Positions 60,944 to 64,000 of a stretch of 64,000 nt of DNA are shown here, one piece after another; within the stretch, counting starts at the first letter, position 1, and each line of letters begins with the position of its first letter. The translations under genes were made by a program, and so were the position numbers. The stretch is from Lama guanicoe (lineage: Eukaryota): NCBI GenBank assembly GCA_013239625.1, contig MU053594.1, positions 584,355 through 648,354 on the forward strand, read 5' to 3'. Below the pieces are notes generated by a model. The model ran no database searches and was not told where the DNA came from. It saw only the letters and a list, made by a program, of their open reading frames with translations.

Positions 60944-63546
60944 GGGACACCTCTTTGAAACATCTTGGATGAGGTGGGCAGCGCCGGGTTCTCTGTCTTA
61001 TTTGAATACTTTTCCACTTCATTATATTTCTCTAACTCCCAGAGCCTTTGCTTCTGCTGGAAATTTGTCCCACAGAGTGAAAGATCCCATTCAGCTACAA
61101 AAGCGGGAGGAGGTGCACTTGTTTAGCATGTCACAGTGCCATGTCACCTCTCCTCGGCAAAAAATGTGTCCTTTTACCAACTCACGCCTTCTGGCTTGTG
61201 CACACGTGGGAGCCTCAGGTGTTGAGCCAGTCACTCTGTCCAGATGGTAGACTCCAGGAGAACAGGGGGATTTGTCTCTTTTCAGTGATGTACCCCCAGT
61301 TCCCAATCGGTGCTGCATGTAATAAGGACCACAAACATGCTGAATAAATGAGCAATCACGACCACCAGCAGCCACAATTTATTGATGACTCAGGGAGTGC
61401 AAAGGACAGGGATGCGGGCTATGGAAGTAAGGTATGTCATTCCTTCAAGGGACATCCAGCCCTGTTGAGAGAGCAAAAACTACAGAAAAAGCTAACATAC
61501 TAGCCAGACAGTACAGTAGGAGCCCTCTTGCCCAGCATGGTTGATTAGCCAGTTGAAAGATTCATTAAAGAGAAGATGTGTTTAAAAAAATGAGACTTTT
61601 CCAACATCTCATTTGACCTTAGAACATTCATATACATTAATTTACCAGATTTCTGGAGTATATATCCTGAGTCTTTTCTTTGAAAATGAATCCACCATTT
61701 AGAGTTTTATCTCATCGTATTTGCATTAGAATCTGCATAATGGTTTATCTAAAATTCCCAGTAATTTTACTTTTATTTTTTAAAAGCAGAGCAGAGATTT
61801 AAACTTACAGGAGATGATACATGTAGACTCCACGAGTTTCAGAATTTTTAGAGTTATCTCATTCACATGTAACTAGTGAGGATTTTTTTAAAGCAATTTT
61901 TACTTATCAAAAAATGTTCCCAGTCTTTTCAACTTATTTTTATGGAATCAATATTTTAATTTGGTATTCATATTTTATTGTTTATTGAAGAGTGAACTAG
62001 ATGAATGGCCATTACAAGAACAACTAGCATGAACGGGTTTGGGAAGAGATCTAACTGCCTGGAAAGCAGGCAGAACACAGTTCCCTCGGGGGAGCACACT
62101 GTATGCCATGGGCCCTGATCGGCAACCTTTTCCTGAGAGAATGACCAGAGAGTCATGACTAATCCAGTGGGCCAACAATAATGGAGCGCTTTTAAAGTGT
62201 CTGATCTTTCACCTCAATTGAGCTGTTTTCTGAGGGACTCCTACTTCCCGCCTGGCACGTACCAGATGCTGGAGGAGCAGAAGGAGAATAAGATACAGAA
62301 CTTGCTGTGAAAGAGGACAGGAAATGGGAAGAGACAGACTTGCAAATTTTTATACCATAAGTGCCAAGAACAAATTCTGTACTGTGAGATAAAAAAGGAA
62401 TAAAGACGTAATTCTCCCTAAAGGAGATCATGGAAGGCTTCTTGGAGGAAGTGGCCTCAGAGACCATAATTGAGAAAGGAATTGGGAAGAAGCAGGGACC
62501 ACTGAGCATCATCCTCTCAAAAAACTTAAGATGATGTTTTCTGAAATGGAAACAGAAGGTGCCGGCAATAGCTGGGTCTGCCTGTTTGCCATCATTGCTG
62601 TCCATCCTGGAGGGGACAGGATCTTTGGGTCTCTCCTCCATCCAGTAATCCTGGTATATTTGTTAGAATTACAGATAAGAAAGGAAGGTGGGAGCAAAAG
62701 AACCAGTCTTCCCTCTGGGAGCCCAGCGCTGCGCAGAGTGAAGGAAGCAGTGAAGATAAGGGGCTGGGTACCTCTCCCAGGGCACCAGCAGCTTGCCTAT
62801 CAGGCTGGTCCATGAGGTAAACTCCAGACCTCAGTTTGTCACATGCCAGGAAGATAGAATGCTTTGTCTCTGCTTGCAGCGTGCACCCCCGTTGCTGGAG
62901 AGATTACCACTTCCTGGGCCGCAGATGTAATTAGATGATCAATCATAGAAAGTGTAAAGCAAAGGCAGACTCAGGGGAGAGAGATTTGTTTTTACTGTAT
63001 CACTTTAAATATCAACCGGGCAGAAAGGACCCCAAGGGAGTCTGCGCTTCAGAAACAGTCGGATACAGGCCTCCAGAGAGAGGACTCCAGTCTTCAGGCA
63101 GCGCTAAAGTGGTAGGAAAATCTCTGCTTTGTCCAAAAGTCCCCAGTGTCTCCCAGAGCCTCCCCAGCCTTAAGGGTTCCCGTCTCCTTGCTGCCACCAG
63201 CCTTAATGGTGAGGATCAGGTCAGAGGATACCAGAGCATTGTTCGGACACAGCCTTTGCAGTTCAGCAAGTATTTGCAACTCTGTTACCCTGGATACCTT
63301 TATAAAACAGAGGATGCAAACTTAAATGTATTCTAGGGGCTGGAAATAAATGTAAGCTGAGTGTAGGGTCATAAGGATTGGTGGGGACTGTGGTAAACTT
63401 GAGGGCACTGTACCCCAACCAGCTGGAGCAGAATGTGGCAGCAGGAGGAAGGGGTCTTTGCAAAAGCCTTGGGGCCTGGCCCTTGCAAGCTGGGGCAAGT
63501 GGGGAGAATGCAGTGGGTAAGGAGCACAGGGTAGAGAAGGACCCCC

Positions 63547-63573
63547 NNNNNNNNNNNNNNNNNNNNNNNNNNN
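63547..63573. other. Assembly gap (27 N)
   Basis: Run of n in the sequence. Confidence 1.
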
Positions 63574-63816
63574 CACAGGGGAGGAAGGACCCCCACCCCC
63601 CCCACCCCCTTCCATCCCTGGAGTGCAGATTCAGCCTCTTCCCCATAAGCTGGTTGGGGAGGGCCTCCGCCTTCTTCACTTAGTATTGCTCTGTGTAAAG
63701 ACGCTGCTCTACTCAGTCCTAGCTTGTGGTTGCCTTGCCCGAATGCTGACCCAGTGTTTCCAAAATCCTGTACGTCTTTTTATGAGAATCTGTATTTTAA
63801 TGTGAAAGCTCCAAAT

Positions 63817-64000
63817 TTTATTTTATTTTATTGAATTATAGTAGATTTACAATGCTGTGTTAGTTTCTGACATACAGCATAGTGATTCAGTTATATATAT
63901 ACATACATACATATATATACACACACACATATATATATTCCTTTTCGTATTCTTTTTCATTATAGGCTATCACAAGATATTGAATACAGTTCCCTGCACT
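63817..64000 (-). mobile_element. Artiodactyl-type L1 3' end, cut by the window edge
   Basis: tttattgaattatagtagatttacaatgctgtgttagtttctg…cagcatagtgattcagtt…gatattgaatacagttccctg; reverse complement of the tail family seen at 2315 and 13187. Confidence 0.9.

Larger units (their letters stand above)
34090..64000 (+). other. DRD2: DRD2 intron 1 (5' part; continues beyond the window)
   Basis: Starts GTAAGC. I found no exon-2 sequence (…CCACCGCCCTGATGGATCCACTG / MDPLNLSW) downstream, consistent with the known very long first intron. Confidence 0.82.

Noticed and set aside
55000..64000. Orthologue of MIR4301 (annotated in human DRD2 intron 1)
   Set aside because: I could not recognise its sequence or a convincing hairpin here.
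1..64000. Prokaryotic-type systems (CRISPR array, operon, intact provirus)
   Set aside because: The sequence is mammalian. There are no regularly spaced repeats and no gag/pol/env, and the LTRs are solo or truncated.

Overview
Mammalian genomic DNA, most likely a camelid (alpaca/llama/camel), judged from a Vic-1-type tRNA-derived SINE and camelid/artiodactyl-type L1 3' ends. The only gene I can support is the 5' end of the dopamine D2 receptor gene DRD2 on the + strand. It comprises a TATA-less GC-box/CpG-island promoter (~33.5-34.6 kb), non-coding exon 1 ending ...GCGCCCTATGGCTTGAAG|GTAAGC at 34089, and the first ~30 kb of intron 1. The identification rests on my recall of the human DRD2 promoter/5'UTR, not on a database search. 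I found no coding exon 2 (MDPLNLSW...) and no supportable protein-coding CDS. The listed ORFs are chance ORFs, GC-rich CpG-island frames or decayed L1 ORF2. The rest is ~33 kb of upstream DNA plus intron, dense in L1, L2, MIR, MaLR/ERVL/ERV1 LTRs and DNA-transposon fossils; family names are by eye and most boundaries are approximate. I see no novel protein-coding system. The best leads are regulatory: (i) two uORFs in exon 1, one probably overlapping the main start after splicing; (ii) two inverted MER41-like LTRs in intron 1 that keep STAT GAS motifs, one also carrying an NR4A/Nurr1 NBRE; (iii) a compressed RE1/REST-like site; (iv) several non-repetitive motif clusters that look like enhancers.
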